The notes: generated by a model not told the origin, from the letters alone. Shown: positions 44,857 through 63,921, counted from the stretch's first letter. The stretch is DNA of 64,000 nucleotides from Salpingoeca rosetta (GCA_033442325.1 JAWQFM010000006.1:1679336-1743335), one strand, 5' to 3'. A program made the numbers and translations.

Positions 44857-46950
44857 ATGGTGGCGACCTCAAGCTGTCGGCTATGTGCCAGTATGATGGC
44901 AAGGCGGTGCACCACCACCACCACCGCCACCACCACCGCTGCTGCCGCCGCAACAGCAACAACCATTCGCGGCACGGGTCGCTTTTTGAGTCAGATCGCA
45001 CGACGACACCCACAAATACAGCAGCAGCAACACCAGCAACACCAGCAACACCAGCGACGCCACCTGGCAAGAGCCACGGCGATGCTGCGGCGATCGACAA
45101 TGCCGTTGTCAACCAGCACTGCACGCTGGAACGCGGGCAGCAACGCCAGCAGCAACAGCAAGGACGGTGAGAAGGAGGCCGGTGGTACGGGGAGCCTGAC
45201 GTCGTTGCTGGAGGGCATCATGGAGGTGAAGAAGTCGGCCAGCGCGCAGCAGGAGAACAGCTTCAAGCAGCTGGAGCAGCTGTTCAAGGACAACGACAAG
45301 GACCACTTCCTGATCCCCATGGGCGGCGCAGAGGAGATTGGCATGAACTGCAACCTGTACGTGCACAAGAACCGCTTCCTCATGGTCGATCTCGGCGTGA
45401 ACCTCACCAACATCGGCAACGGCTCCACGGCCATCATGCCAGACCTCGACTACGTCATGCGCAACAAGCACAAGCTCGTCGCCCTGGTCATCACCCACGC
45501 CCACGAGGACCACATTGGCGCCGTGGCCACGCTCTGGCCAGACCTCAAGTGCCCGCTCTACTGCACAAAGTTCACGGCGGAGATGATCCGCGCCCGCCTC
45601 CCGCCAAACGTCAGGATCCCTCCCCTGCACATCATCGACCAGAAGACAAAGGTGACCACAAAGCCCTTCAGCTTCACCCTGCAGCACATGACGCACTCCA
45701 TCCCGGAGTCGCACGCCGTCATCCTGCACACGGAGCAAGGGCACATCGTGCACACGGGCGACTGGAAGCACGACTCTGCACCCTTGCTGGGCCCGCCATT
45801 CGACTACGCAGCCATGAACAAGCTCGGCGAGGAAGGCGTGCTTGCCGTTGTCGGCGACTCGACCAACGCCGTCGTGGAGGGCGAGTCGGTGCCCGAGTCC
45901 GAGGTGCAGCGCGGCCTGCGCGAGCGCCTGCTGAAGGTGGAGCCTGACCGGCAGTGCGTGCTCACCTGCTTCTCGTCCAGCGTCTCCCGCGTCGGTATTG
46001 CGCTCGACTGCGCGCCGCAGATGAATCGTCGGCCAGCGCTCATGGGCCACGCCATGCTCACCACCAGCGGCATTGCGCACGACTGCGGCTACCTGCCCAC
46101 ACTCCCCTCCACCCGCGGCCTCCACGAGGTGGTGACCAAGCACGCGCCCGCGCAGTGCCTGATGCTTGCCACGGGGTGCCAGGGCGAGCCCGCTGCTGCG
46201 CTGTCACGCATGGCGTCTGGCGACCACCCAATTGTGCACCTTGGCCCAGACGACGTCGTCATCTTCTCGTCGCGCGTCATCCCCGGCAACGAGTTGGACG
46301 TGCAGCGCGTGGTGAACCAGCTCAAGCGCCGCGGTGTGCGCATCATCCGTGATGGCGAGGACGGGGTGCCGACACACGCCTCTGGCCACGCATATCGGGG
46401 TGATATCCGCATGCTGCTGTCGCGGCTTCGCCCGCAGATGGTCGTGCCCGTGCACGGCGAGTACCTGCACTTGGAGGAGCATTGCAGCCTGGCGCGGGAG
46501 CAGGGGGTCAAGCACACCATCATCCCTCGCAACGGCAACGTCATCCACCTCCACCCGCACGAAGGCCCGAAGGTTGTTGGGCAGGTGAATGCAGGTCAAC
46601 TTGTGATGGACGGGCGACTGCTGCGTCGCATGGACTCGCCCATCATGCAGGATCGCATGACGCAACAGGCGCAGGGGGCGTGTTTCATCACCGTCGTCCT
46701 GTCTGCGGACAACCAACTCCTTGTTCCGCCCGTGCTCTCCCACCGCGGCCTCATTGACAAGACAGAGACGCAGCTGCAGCAGCAGTTCGTGGCGCTCTCC
46801 GACATGCTTGGCGAGGAGCTGTCTGGGCTCAACAGTCCGCCGGACAGCGTGATCCAGGGTGTGGCGCAGGCAGCCGTGATGGGGTTCTGCCAGCGGCGAC
46901 TGGGCAAGCGGCCCGTGTGCGAGGTGCACATTGTCAGGCAGAGCATGTGA
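44857..46950 (+). CDS. rnj: Ribonuclease J (MBL/beta-CASP), bacterial type, with N-terminal targeting-like extension
   Basis: Intronless, ATG in ACCACCATGG context. Motifs PMGGAEEIGMN, VDLG, ITHAHEDHIGAV, THSIPES, HTGDWK, DSTNA, FSSSVSR, TGCQGEP, FSSRVIPGNE, HASGHA, VPVHGE. Confidence 0.95.
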   Translation: MVATSSCRLCASMMARRCTTTTTATTTAAAAATATTIRGTGRFLSQIARRHPQIQQQQHQQHQQHQRRHLARATAMLRRSTMPLSTSTARWNAGSNASSNSKDGEKEAGGTGSLTSLLEGIMEVKKSASAQQENSFKQLEQLFKDNDKDHFLIPMGGAEEIGMNCNLYVHKNRFLMVDLGVNLTNIGNGSTAIMPDLDYVMRNKHKLVALVITHAHEDHIGAVATLWPDLKCPLYCTKFTAEMIRARLPPNVRIPPLHIIDQKTKVTTKPFSFTLQHMTHSIPESHAVILHTEQGHIVHTGDWKHDSAPLLGPPFDYAAMNKLGEEGVLAVVGDSTNAVVEGESVPESEVQRGLRERLLKVEPDRQCVLTCFSSSVSRVGIALDCAPQMNRRPALMGHAMLTTSGIAHDCGYLPTLPSTRGLHEVVTKHAPAQCLMLATGCQGEPAAALSRMASGDHPIVHLGPDDVVIFSSRVIPGNELDVQRVVNQLKRRGVRIIRDGEDGVPTHASGHAYRGDIRMLLSRLRPQMVVPVHGEYLHLEEHCSLAREQGVKHTIIPRNGNVIHLHPHEGPKVVGQVNAGQLVMDGRLLRRMDSPIMQDRMTQQAQGACFITVVLSADNQLLVPPVLSHRGLIDKTETQLQQQFVALSDMLGEELSGLNSPPDSVIQGVAQAAVMGFCQRRLGKRPVCEVHIVRQSM

Positions 46951-47010
46951 GTGAGTGAGTGAGTGAGTGAATGAGTGCGTGAGTGAATGAGTGCGTGAGT
47001 GAGTGAGTGA

Positions 47011-47063
<53 letters not shown>

Positions 47064-47801
47064 TGTGTGTGTGTGTTTGGAGGGAGGGGAGATTGGGAAA
47101 CGGCCACCTTCGTGTACATGTACGTGAGTAGACGTGTGTGTGTGTGCGTGTGTGTGTGTGTGTGTGGGGGGGGGGCTTTGCGTTGTTGAAGTTGCCGTTA
47201 TTGTTGTTTCGGTTGTAAACCCTGCCAGGCTCGATGCAAATCATGCGAGTGTGCTCCTTGTTTGCTTGTTTGCTTGCTTGCTTGCTCTCAACTCGTGCGA
47301 GTGTCTGTTGTTGTGCTGCTGCTTTGCTCCTGAACTTCTTATGTCACATCTGACAAGTACATGATTATCAAGACACGCCAGTTTCACTCGTATCATGAAC
47401 ACGGCAACATGCTTGTGTACAGCGTGTTGATGGCTCAGTGCATGCGTGTTCTGGACGTGTGTATTCGAGTCACCACTGCACTTTGTGAGTGAAGGGTCAG
47501 AGGAACAGAAAGAACTCATGACAAGAGAAGCGAAAAAGCACCAGCCCTGGTCGTGCAGCACATGGGGGCTGTCAGTTACAGTGTCAGAGGCGAAGGTATG
47601 AAGAAGGGATAACATGAACATGGAACCGGAGAACAAGGGAAGCAACACAAAAAACGGGGCGTGGTCCAACATCACATCACATCTCATCACGTCGCAGCAC
47701 GTGGGCGAACAGAGATTTGTGCCTGCAGGCAAGCAGGCCACGGCGACTGCATCATCACATCATGTCACATCGTCACAGCATCGGGATGGCATGACATGAC
47801 A

Positions 47802-51083
<3,282 letters not shown>

Positions 51084-51129
51084 GCCTATCCTGTGGGGGT
51101 TTGAGACGTGCAGCAGGTGTAAACGTTGA

Positions 51130-51173
<44 letters not shown>

Positions 51174-51703
51174 TGGAGATCAGCGGATTGCTGCTGGCTG
51201 GAGGGACGGGCCTTACTTGATCTTTGTCTTGCTTGCTTGTGGGCGCACAACACAACGAGCGGTCACAAGGGAAATGCATGCAACGGAACGTTCAGTGTGG
51301 TTCGGTCAGTGTGGTTCAGTGAGAGATGGCTACTCATACGCACGTGCGTCCTTGCTCTTGTGATGATGAGATCAGATGAGCACACTGCGTTGCACTGCAC
51401 ACTGCACATACTGCACATACTGCACACTGCGTTGCACTGCGTCGCACACCTTTTGCTCTTCAGCTGTCGCGCACACGTGGTTTGCTTCTGCCTTTTGTTG
51501 GTCCTGGTGTGTTACAAACGCGCACATAACCGATGCAAAATACATATAATTTGTGTGATTTGATGTGCACATAAGGGTCTAGTCCTTGCTCAACAACAAC
51601 AGCCGCAGAAGAAGAAACAGTTTCTGCGCCAACACACACACACTGCCACCTCACCCTCCAAACCCTCCATCCAACAACCAGAGCCAGTGCCATCACCGAA
51701 CAA

Positions 51704-52703
51704 ATGTGGACGTCGCTTGCTGTTGTTGGCGCCGCCGCCGTGGTTGGCGTGTGCCAGACCAAGGAAATGGCCGAGCAGTGCACAGAGGTCTTCGACACAG
51801 CCACCACCACCTTCAACTCCTACGCTGCGCCGTACGAAGCATGGCAGGTGCGAAATGACACAACAGAAACACACAACAAGAAGTCGTGGTAGTCCTTCCA
51901 CATGTGTGACATGTGACTGTACGCACGCTCCCACCACCACCACGTCCACGTGTCCCTCAACGCGTTCCATCTCCTTATCTTCTCACATGCTCCTCACCAT
52001 TGTTGTTGTTCTCTTTCCTTGCATTGCTGTGTGTGTGTGTGGGGGGGGGGGGTTCCCTCTTGCCTGCTTGTTTCATGCATGTGCTTCGTGCTCCATTCAG
52101 GTTGCTGCGCTTGCCATTGCCGCGTATGTGCTGGTGGCCAAGCTGTTTGTGTTCTTGTTTGCGGACGACCGGTCATGGTTCCTGCGCCTGAAGCTGTGGG
52201 TGTTTCGTGTTGCCCGCAAGATCCCGTTTGTTCGCAGCAAGATTGCCTCCGAAGTGGAAGAGACTCTCGTTGGCGTTGAGCACGACATGTTCAAGTACTT
52301 TACCCACTGGAAGGTACGGTGTTTGGCTCGTCTGCTTGCTTGTGTTTGCTTGTTTGCTTTTGCTTGCTTGCATGATGCTTGGTTGCTCGTTTGATTGCCT
52401 GCCTGCTTGCTTGTTCGTGTCAAATGGGAAATGTTCGTGTACACAATGTTCCCAGTTGTAGAAGACAAAATGGAGTTGCTTACCATGTCTGTCGCACCCC
52501 AATGTGACATGTTTTCAGGCCAACCGCAAGCTGCCGACACACGGTCTGACCACGGGCCAAGTGCTTGCCAAGCTGAACACGCTTCGCGAGCTTGGCGCAC
52601 CAGACAAGCGCCATGCCGAGGGCAAGGTACAGTGTGACCGAAACGTTTCGTGCCTTGCGTATGCTGATGATTGCAGCTGTGTTTTTCTGAAGACCCTCGT
52701 TGC

Positions 52704-52736
<33 letters not shown>

Positions 52737-55582
52737 ACACACACATACACACACACACACACATGCACCCTCTCTCCGCCTTTGCTGATTGGCCAGGTGT
52801 CTGGCACGATCTACGTTGGCGGCGAGTCGTATGAGGAGTACACGAAGATGATCACGACTGTGTATGGCATGTTCGCCTGGACCAACCCGCTCCACTCGGG
52901 CGTCTTCCCCGGCATTCGCCAGATGGAGGTGCGCTGTGCTGATGTTGGTGTGCTGTGATAGTGCTGGTGGTGTTGGGTGCTTTTCGTGCTTTCATAGAGC
53001 GTGGGTTGGAGCGTGACATTGCTTGCACAGCCGTGCGTTGTGAGTTGAGACTGTACCACGGGATGCAAGGGTGCGAGCAATGTTGCGGGATTGCCTGCTG
53101 CACACACACACACACACATGTACATGTACACACACATGTACACATGCGCGTGCCCTGTGTTGCTTGCAGGCAGAGATTGTGCGCATGTGCTGCACGCTGT
53201 TTCACGGCGACGAGAGCACCTGCGGCGCACACACGAGCGGCGGCACCGAGTCCATCATCCTCGCCATCCGCGTAAGGATCTGCCCCCGTGCGTGCGTGTG
53301 TGTGTGTGTGCGAGTGTGTGCGCGTGTGTGTGTGCGTGTGTGCGTGCGTGTGTGTGCGTGTGTGTGTGTGTGTGTGCGTGCGTGCGTGTGTGTGTGTGTG
53401 TAGTTGCTGCTGGCTTGTGGATACGTCACAATTCATTTCACGCGAACTGCGTCACCTGCTTCTCCCTCTCATACCCGCACACACAAATACACGCCCAGGC
53501 GTACAAGGAGTACTTTGCAGAGAAGAAAGGCATCACAAAGCCCAACGTTGTTGTCACCCGCACCGCACACCCGGCCTTTGACAAGGCCTGCGACTACTTT
53601 GGCATCTCCGTACGTCACACCGTCTTCTTGTTTGTTTTGTTTGTTTGTTTGAACAAGTGCGCTTCTTGTCAACCACATGTTTAGTTTTCGCCCTCGCTTC
53701 GTTTGACGCCCCAACCAACTCAACCACCACCACCATCATATGTCTCCTTCTCCCATCTCTCATCTCTCCCCCTTCCCCCCCCCCACACACACACACTCTC
53801 TTCAGTTGCGCAAAGCGGACGAGGACAAGACGACGCGTCAGGCCATCCCCTCATCCATGGCGCGTCTCATCGACAGCAACACCATCGCCATTGTTGGATC
53901 CTGCCCCCAGGTAACGTCGCCCCGTTCTCCTGTTCTCACTTACCACCTGCGACTGCACACATCCATACGTGCGTGCATGCATGCGATTGCAAGGGGGTTC
54001 GGCTGTGATGCTTGCATGCATGTATTGCCTTTGGTTCTTTGCCTAAACCCTGTGTGCCGACTCTCGACCACGTCTCCACCAACACAACACTCCAAACGCT
54101 TGGCACCGTGCTCACCATCAACCCACCCCATATCATTGTGCCATCGCAGTACCCGCACGGTGCTGTTGATCCCATCGAGGACCTGGCCAAGCTCGCCCGC
54201 AAGCACGACGTACGGGTGGCGGCATGCGCGTGCTGTGCTCGCTGCGGCTCACATGTTCCACACATTTTGACGCACACTGTGACGCACACACACACTGTCT
54301 CTCTCTCTCAACCTCACACACACTTTGACGTACACACACACACTCACACGCTCACACACACAAGCCTCTCTCTCTCTCTCTCACACACACACACTCACAC
54401 TTGCATTCGCTGTGGTTGCGTTGACTGCAGATTGGGCTGCACGTTGACTGCTGCCTGGGATCGTTTGTCGTGCCCTTTATGCGGGAAGCAGGGTTCCCCG
54501 ACTTTCCCGCGTTTGATTTCAGCGTCAACGGTGTCACCTCCATCTCCGCTGACACGCACAAGTTTGGATGCGCTCCCAAGGTGCGCGCCACGACGCTACG
54601 TGCCGGCTGTTTGGTGGCTGCGCTGTGTTGCTGTTCTTGATATGCAGCCTGTGTCTGCTGCATGAGTCCTTTGCCTACACTGCCGACACATTCTTGCTGT
54701 CACAATCACTCACTCATACATACACATACACACACACACACACGCATGCGCACGCACACACGCACACACGCATGCACAGGGTTCCTCTGTTGTGATGTTT
54801 GCGAACAAGGACCTGCGGCGCGCCACGTACTCCGTGTTCCCGGATTGGCCCGGCGGTGTGTACGGCACACCCACCGTTGCCGGCTCCCGTCCAGGCGCCC
54901 TCATCGCGGTGCGCTCACAGTGGTGGTGGTGGTGATACCTGTGGTGCTGTTTCTGATCCCTCTGGCGTTGATAACCGTGGTGGTGGTGGTGGTGGTGGTG
55001 GTGGTGGTGGTGACGGTGGTGGGCAGTGATGGGCAGTGATACGCGCAGCTCTGCATGCAATGATGCAAGTATGCGCATGTTGTTTGACACATGTGTTGCC
55101 TTCTTCTTGCAACAGGCGACATGGTCTGCGATGATGAGCAACGGGTACGAGGGCTACCTGCACAACGCCAAGTGCATCATGAAGACTGTGGTCGCCATTG
55201 CAGAGGGTTAGTTGCTGTTTGTACATTGGGGTGTGTGTTTACGTTGTGTGTGTTTACGTTGTGTGTGTTTACGTTGTGTGTGTTTACGTTGTATGTGTGT
55301 GCGTGTGTGTGTGTGCGAGTGTGTGAGCGTGTGTGTGTGTGTGTACGTGGTGATGGAGCGCATGTTTCCAGTTTCTTTCACGCGGTGCTGTTCTCACACT
55401 CCACCACCATCATCATATCACACTGCCTCACCTGTTGCATTGCCTCGTCAACACCACCTCCAATGCCGCGCAGGAATCAAGAAGATTGACGGCATCAAGC
55501 TTGTGTGCGAGCCGCAGGGCCCAATTGTCGCCTGGACCTCAGACGTCTTCGACATCAACCGGTGCGCGCGCGTGTGTGTGTG

Positions 55583-55633
<51 letters not shown>

Positions 55634-56033
55634 GTGTATGTGTGTGTGTGTGCGTGTGTGTTGTGCGTCGTGTGTGTGTTGGTGTGTTGTGGGGGGGGGG
55701 TTCATGTGCAGCCGCGCTTTCACACACGTTGTTGTATTGCTCTGACGCATGCGATGCTGGGTGTTGTTGTATCATTCTTGCTTGCTGTGTTCACTCACTT
55801 GCACTCACTTGCACTCACTTGCATCACGGACCACAGCATGCTTGAGGGGCTCGTGCACGAGAAGGGGTGGGACCTGAACGTTCTTCAGTTCCCTGCAAGC
55901 ATGCACATCTGCGTGACGATGGCCCACTCGTCGCCGGGCCTGGCTGACCACTTCCTCGCCGACCTGGCCGACACCACCGCCGTCCTCATGAAGTCGCCCC
56001 AGCAGAAGGTGTGCTTGGGGAGGGGGGAACATA

Positions 56034-56064
<31 letters not shown>

Positions 56065-56092
56065 GTGTGCGTGTGTGTGTGCGCGTGTTCGT

Positions 56093-56144
<52 letters not shown>

Positions 56145-56707
56145 GTGTTTGTGTTCGCATCAGTGTGTTTCATTTTTATGAATCGTTGTGTGTGCCGTTT
56201 GACAGTGTGCGGGCGGTTTGTCGCTGCGTGTTCTTTGCTGTTTCCTTTCACAGTTCTCATTCCACACGCTCGTGTGTTCTGCTTGCCTTTTGCGTCCTTT
56301 TCCCCCTTCAATCACCACCACCACGACGACCACCACCACTGTCACCAGGCTACGGGCGCTGCTGCGCTGTATGGCGTTGCGCAGAGCGTGCCGGACCGCA
56401 GTGTCATTGACGACATCGTTCGTGGGTTCCTCGACACCGCCTTCCAGGTGTGTGGTGTTGTGTACCTGTGGTTGTGTGTCCCTGTCGTACTTCTTGACCC
56501 ACGCCACCACTGACCACGCTCCACAAGGCCTCTCAATCACACACACACACACACTCCCTCAAATCGTTCACACACTCCCTCAAATCGTTCACACACATGC
56601 ACACATGAATGTATGCACGTTATTCCCATCACACGCGCCGCTTGCAGGCCGTGCCTGTGCGGCAGCACAAGAAGGAGGACCAGGAGAACACAAAGGCCAA
56701 CAACTAA
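51704..56707 (+). CDS. SGPL1: Sphingosine-1-phosphate lyase (PLP-dependent)
   Basis: About 14 exons: N-terminal TM segment, [81 protein letters not shown] (PLP Lys), [36 protein letters not shown]. Confidence 0.96.
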
Positions 56708-56838
56708 GCCCACACTTCACACTCATACAGGCCACAAGCCTGCCTTTCCGCTTTCTTTCTTGCTTTTTTTGCTTTGCTTGCTGAATTTCGTTGAAGTTTT
56801 CGTACAAATTTCCGCAACCACGACCCACAACTTGGAGG

Positions 56839-59244
<2,406 letters not shown>

Positions 59245-60317
59245 GCCTCTCTTTGCTGTATGTAGTTAACAAGTGTGTGTCACATCATGTGTTCTGTGTG
59301 TGTCTTGCGGCTTTCTGTGTGTATGTGTGTCCTCTGTGTGCGTGTGTCTCAGTGAAGCAGCACGCAGAGGACACACGCTGTGTGTTCGCACTGCACACTA
59401 CACGGACACACACACACACACAAGCACACACGCACACGTGCTCATCTCTCCCTCGTTACATTGCACAATTTGATGACACGACTTTTCCTGACCTTCCTTG
59501 ATCCAGCAATCAATGCGTTCCAACACACTAAACAATGCGTTGTTTCCATCTGCGACTGTCATCACATCAAATCACACACGCACTCCAACATCGCACATCA
59601 CACACACGCACAAAGCAAAGCAAAGCTGCCACACACAGCCACACACACTGACAAAACCCAACGCAGAGCTGTTCGTTGTGGCATGCAGCGCATGCAACCA
59701 CACAACGCCTCGCCCAAGCAACGGATCCAAGCCAAAGCAAGCCCACAATGCCAATCACTGCATGCAAATCAGTGAATCGCCCATTCACTGATTGTATTGA
59801 GCCGCAACGGTGCACCAACGACGCCAACGGAATGGCCCATCGCGACGTTCGGTACATCGAACACGTGCATGCAGGCAACAAAACCTGACAAACACCAGCC
59901 AATTTTTCGCCCTGACGGTTATTGTTTTCGGCTGCAAAGAAGAAACGGTCAAGCACAGCCCAGCAGCACAACAGCACAGCCGCACTGCACCTGCACCGCC
60001 ACATGCACGCTGCGCTGCTGCTCAACAACCAACAACAACAACCGCCACACCAACAACACCTGCTCACGCTTGCACACTCTCTCGTGGCTTCTCTCTGCAT
60101 CCGTGCAGCGCGTGCCTCATTTTCCCTCCCTACTCCACCACACAACATCCACCCAGCACCACCGTCGTTGTCGCGGGTTTGCCGTGAGCATCCATCCATC
60201 CATCCATCCAGCCGTCCCCTCTCCCAATATCAGTCAACCTTTCCTTGCTTCCCCCCTTCTCTCAGCTTCCACGTCTCTTTCCACAAACACCTGCCACCTG
60301 CCACCACCACCATCACA

Positions 60318-62003
60318 ATGACCAGCGCCCTGTTGAAGGTGCTGTTTGTCGCCGTTGCCGTGTTTGCGGCCGGCGCAGCAGCAGAGGAGGAGCTCACTTG
60401 TAACTATGGACCCCGCGCAGGCCTCACGGAGACGTTCAACTTTGTTTGCGTCGACACCTGCATCGCCATGCTCAACGAGTGCCTGCCAACCTGCACCAAC
60501 GCCACCCTCTCTGGCGAGGAGATGGCACAGTGTCGCGAGGAGTGCCAGATGGACGCCAACCTCTGCTTCGACTCGTGCGACGCCACGACGACAACCACGA
60601 CAACCACAACCACCTACACCTGCCCTCCCACCAGGACCTGCGTCTGCCTCGATGGCTACGAGAGCTACGACACCGTCGACGGCGATGGCTGCCCTGCGTG
60701 TGGCTGCCGCCCAGCGCTCTCCACCACCACAACCCGCGTCATCACCACCACCACCACCACCACCCGCGTCATCACCACCACCACAACGACGACGCGCTCC
60801 ACAACCACAACTCGCTCAACCAGCACAACCACAGCCCCTCTCTGCGACTTCAACTCCCTCGATGTCCTGTTCACCCTGGACGCATCCGGTTCCGTCGGCG
60901 TCGACAACTTTGACAGTGAGTCGGCTGCTGCAATTGTGTGTTTCGCGTCCAGATTGTTGCCTGTGTCTTGTTGCAACATCGTGACTGCCCGCTTGCTTGC
61001 TTGCTTGCTCGCCTCATGCGCTGTTTCCATGAGCTCGGTCTGGTTTGTACGTGCATGCAAGCATGCTTGCCCGCCCGCACGCACATGCTCATTCACTCAC
61101 TCACTCACTCTCACGCGTACACACACACACTCTCTCTCTCACACGTACACACACACACACACGCACTCATATGCCACAGTTGCCAAGAACTTTGTTGCCG
61201 ACTCGGTTGAACTCATGGACGTGGATCCCGACGTGATTCGCGTTGCTGGCATGATGTTCCACGCCAACCCGCTGCCGCAGTTTGACTTTGACTTCAGCTT
61301 TGACCGTGACGTGATTGCAGATGCCGTGCGCTCCTTTGTGTACCCGACCGACCGCAACTGGGGCACTGCCACCGGCGCCGCCCTCAACTACATCCGCAAG
61401 TACCTCCTCGTCCCCTCTGCCGGCAACCGTGACCCCGCCGACACGATTGTCTACTTCATCACCGACGGCAACTCCCAGGAGGCCCTCAGCTTTGTGCAGG
61501 ACGCCGCAGACAACATCCACGCCACGGGCGCTCGCGTCGTCGCAATTGGCATCACCGACGCCATTGACCAGTCGCAGCTGGAGATTATCGCCTCCTCGCC
61601 GGATGACGTGATTATTGTGGAGGACTTTGCTGACCTGGACGAGGTTGTGCGCGCCGATGTGCTCAGCCGCGTGTGCTCTGGCCCAATTGCCAGCACCACC
61701 ACCCGCGTCTCGACCACCACCACTACACGCCCCGTCACCACGACAACCACCACCCGTCCAGTCACTACCACGACCACAAGGACCACCACCACCACGACTA
61801 CCACTACCACTACCACTACCACTACCACTACCACTACCACAACCACGACGACGACGACGACGACCACCTCAACGACATCGACCACCACCACCACAACCTC
61901 GAACAGCAACGTCGAGGGCTCCGTCACGACCACAACCACAACCACAACCACAACCACAACCACTTCGACGACGACGACCACCACAACCACAACTACCACG
62001 ACC

Positions 62004-62038
<35 letters not shown>

Positions 62039-62870
62039 AACCACCACCACCACTTCTCCATTCTGCACATTCCGGCAAACGGACGTGCTCTTCATCCTGG
62101 ACAACTCTGGGTCTGTTGGCCCAGACAACTTTGCTCTGGCGCAGGAGTTCGTCATGGACCTTGTGGACCAGATGACCATCAGCTCTACTGCCATCAACGT
62201 GGGCGCCTTCCTCTTCAACAGCCAGGTGCAGATGCTCACCGCGTTCACGGACGACAAGACGGCCATCCAGGCTGCCATCTCCGGATACAGCTACCCGCCA
62301 AGCAACACGGCCGGTACCGCCACGGGCGCGGCACTCAACTTTGCCGTTGACACGATGCTGCAGTCTGGCGCTGGTTACCGCGGCGGCTCTGTGCTGGTGT
62401 ACGTCATCACGGACGGTCGCTCCCAGGAGGATTCGAGCTTTGTTGCCAGTGCCGCTGCCAACCTGCACGCCACCGGCGCCGAGGTTGTCTCTGTCGGTAT
62501 CACCTCCTCTGTGGACGAGACGCAGCTGCGCACCATTGCCACCAGCGACAGCAACGTGTTTGTGCTGGAGGACTTCTCCGACCTCAACGGCCAGCTTGGC
62601 GACACGCTCCTCGCCTTTAGCTGCGAGGACGCTGTCACCACCACCACCACCACCACTCGCGCAGCGTCCACCACCACGACGACGACCCGTGCTGATACCA
62701 CAACCACGACGGCACCGGGCACAACCACAACCACGCAGGCAACAACCACCACGTCCACAAGTGCCTCTGTGAGCTGCACTGTGCGTGTGTGCAACTGCCG
62801 CCCGGGCGCTGTTGAGGTGCAGACCACGGACGAGAACGGCTGCCCTTCATGCCGCTGCGTTGCCGCGTAA
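60318..62870 (+). CDS. Secreted protein with two VWA domains, Thr-rich mucin-like stalks and antistasin-like Cys modules
   Basis: Exons 60318-60915, 61180-62870. Signal peptide MTSALLKVLFVAVAVFAAGAAA. MIDAS motifs DVLFTLDASGSV and DVLFILDNSGSV, each followed by GTATG and ITDG. Modules D.DGCPACGC and DENGCPSCRC. No TM segment. Confidence 0.9.
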
Positions 62871-63664
62871 GGCATACAGCCCCGAGGCCTGTTCTCCCTC
62901 CCTCTACTAACACGCGAGTGTTTTCTTCCCCTCTTTTCTTTTATCCCTTGAGCGTCTCTTTCTTGTTCATCGTGTCTTCTCTCTTCTTCCCTGTCTCTGT
63001 CGGCGTGCTTATTCTTGGTTGTGCACTACTGCTGCTGCTGCTCTGCTCAGTCCCTCGTTGTCATGATCTCCTTGTATTTGCTCTCCGAAGCATTGGGGAG
63101 AGTGATAGGGTGTATCGGGCAACTTTGAGCATGCACACGGTTTCGTGTCTGTGTTTTGTGTTTGTCTTGTCCATGTTCTTGCATACCAACACAAAGAGAG
63201 AGCTGTCTTCAGAGCAAGTGCTCGCTCACACACGAGGCATGAAACATGAATACACAGAAAGGTCTTCCATCCACAAGAAAGCAAGCAATTGGCGGAACGC
63301 AAGTCATGGACGGTGAACGGGTGTGATGAACGGTGCGATGGGGGTGTTGTCTGAGGGTGGTGTTGCTTGCTAGCCATTGTTTGCTTGTTTATGATGCATG
63401 TGGGACTGGACGACGACACAAATTGACATTGCTGGCTGGTGTGAATCAATCCATGGCTCTAAGGGAGAACAAAGGGACGAGCAACGGGGGGGGGGGGGGA
63501 GAGGGGAACAGTGGGCACAGGGTGGACAAACAAGTGGCGGTGGTTGTACGAAACAAGACAACGACGACAACGACATTGCACACGTCGATACTGTGTGCGG
63601 AGTGTCGCGATTGTGAATGAGCGCAACAGCGTTGGTTGCACGGGCAGAATCCAAAGTTGGGCCG

Positions 63665-63921
63665 TTAAAACCCGATGTTCTTCTTCTTCTTCTTCTTCTT
63701 GTTGGCCTCGTCCACCTTCTTCTGCGCTGCCTTCGTTGCTGCCGTCTCCACACGCCGGCCCTCAACCTCCACAATCGTGTCGTCCTCCAGCCGCGCCAGC
63801 ACCATCTCGCGGTAGTCATTGAAGTCGCCCTCGATGCGTTTGCACGTGCGGTTTGCGCACTCGTACAGCTCACAGTCCGTCTCCAGGATCAGGCGTGCAT
63901 CGTGACTCACAATCACCACGC
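63665..63921 (-). CDS. ABCF1: ABC-F family ATPase, terminal exon (gene continues beyond window)
   Basis: GVVIVSHDARLILETDCELY..IEGDFNDYREMVL matches the ABCF1 C-terminus including the SHD switch. CAG acceptor at 63924-63922. Confidence 0.8.

Noticed and set aside
44857-46950. Bacterial contamination as the source of RNase J
   Set aside because: Contiguous with host microsatellites, has a eukaryotic low-complexity leader, and its codon usage matches neighbouring genes.
47241-47799. ORFs between RNase J and LYS1
   Set aside because: No motifs or exon-like codon bias; likely convergent 3' UTRs.
51360-51450. TGATGA followed by repeated cacactgcgttgcactgc units (possible C/D snoRNA or CRISPR-like array)
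   Set aside because: No nearby D box with terminal stem and no unique spacers; looks like a degenerate minisatellite in the LYS1/SGPL1 intergenic region.
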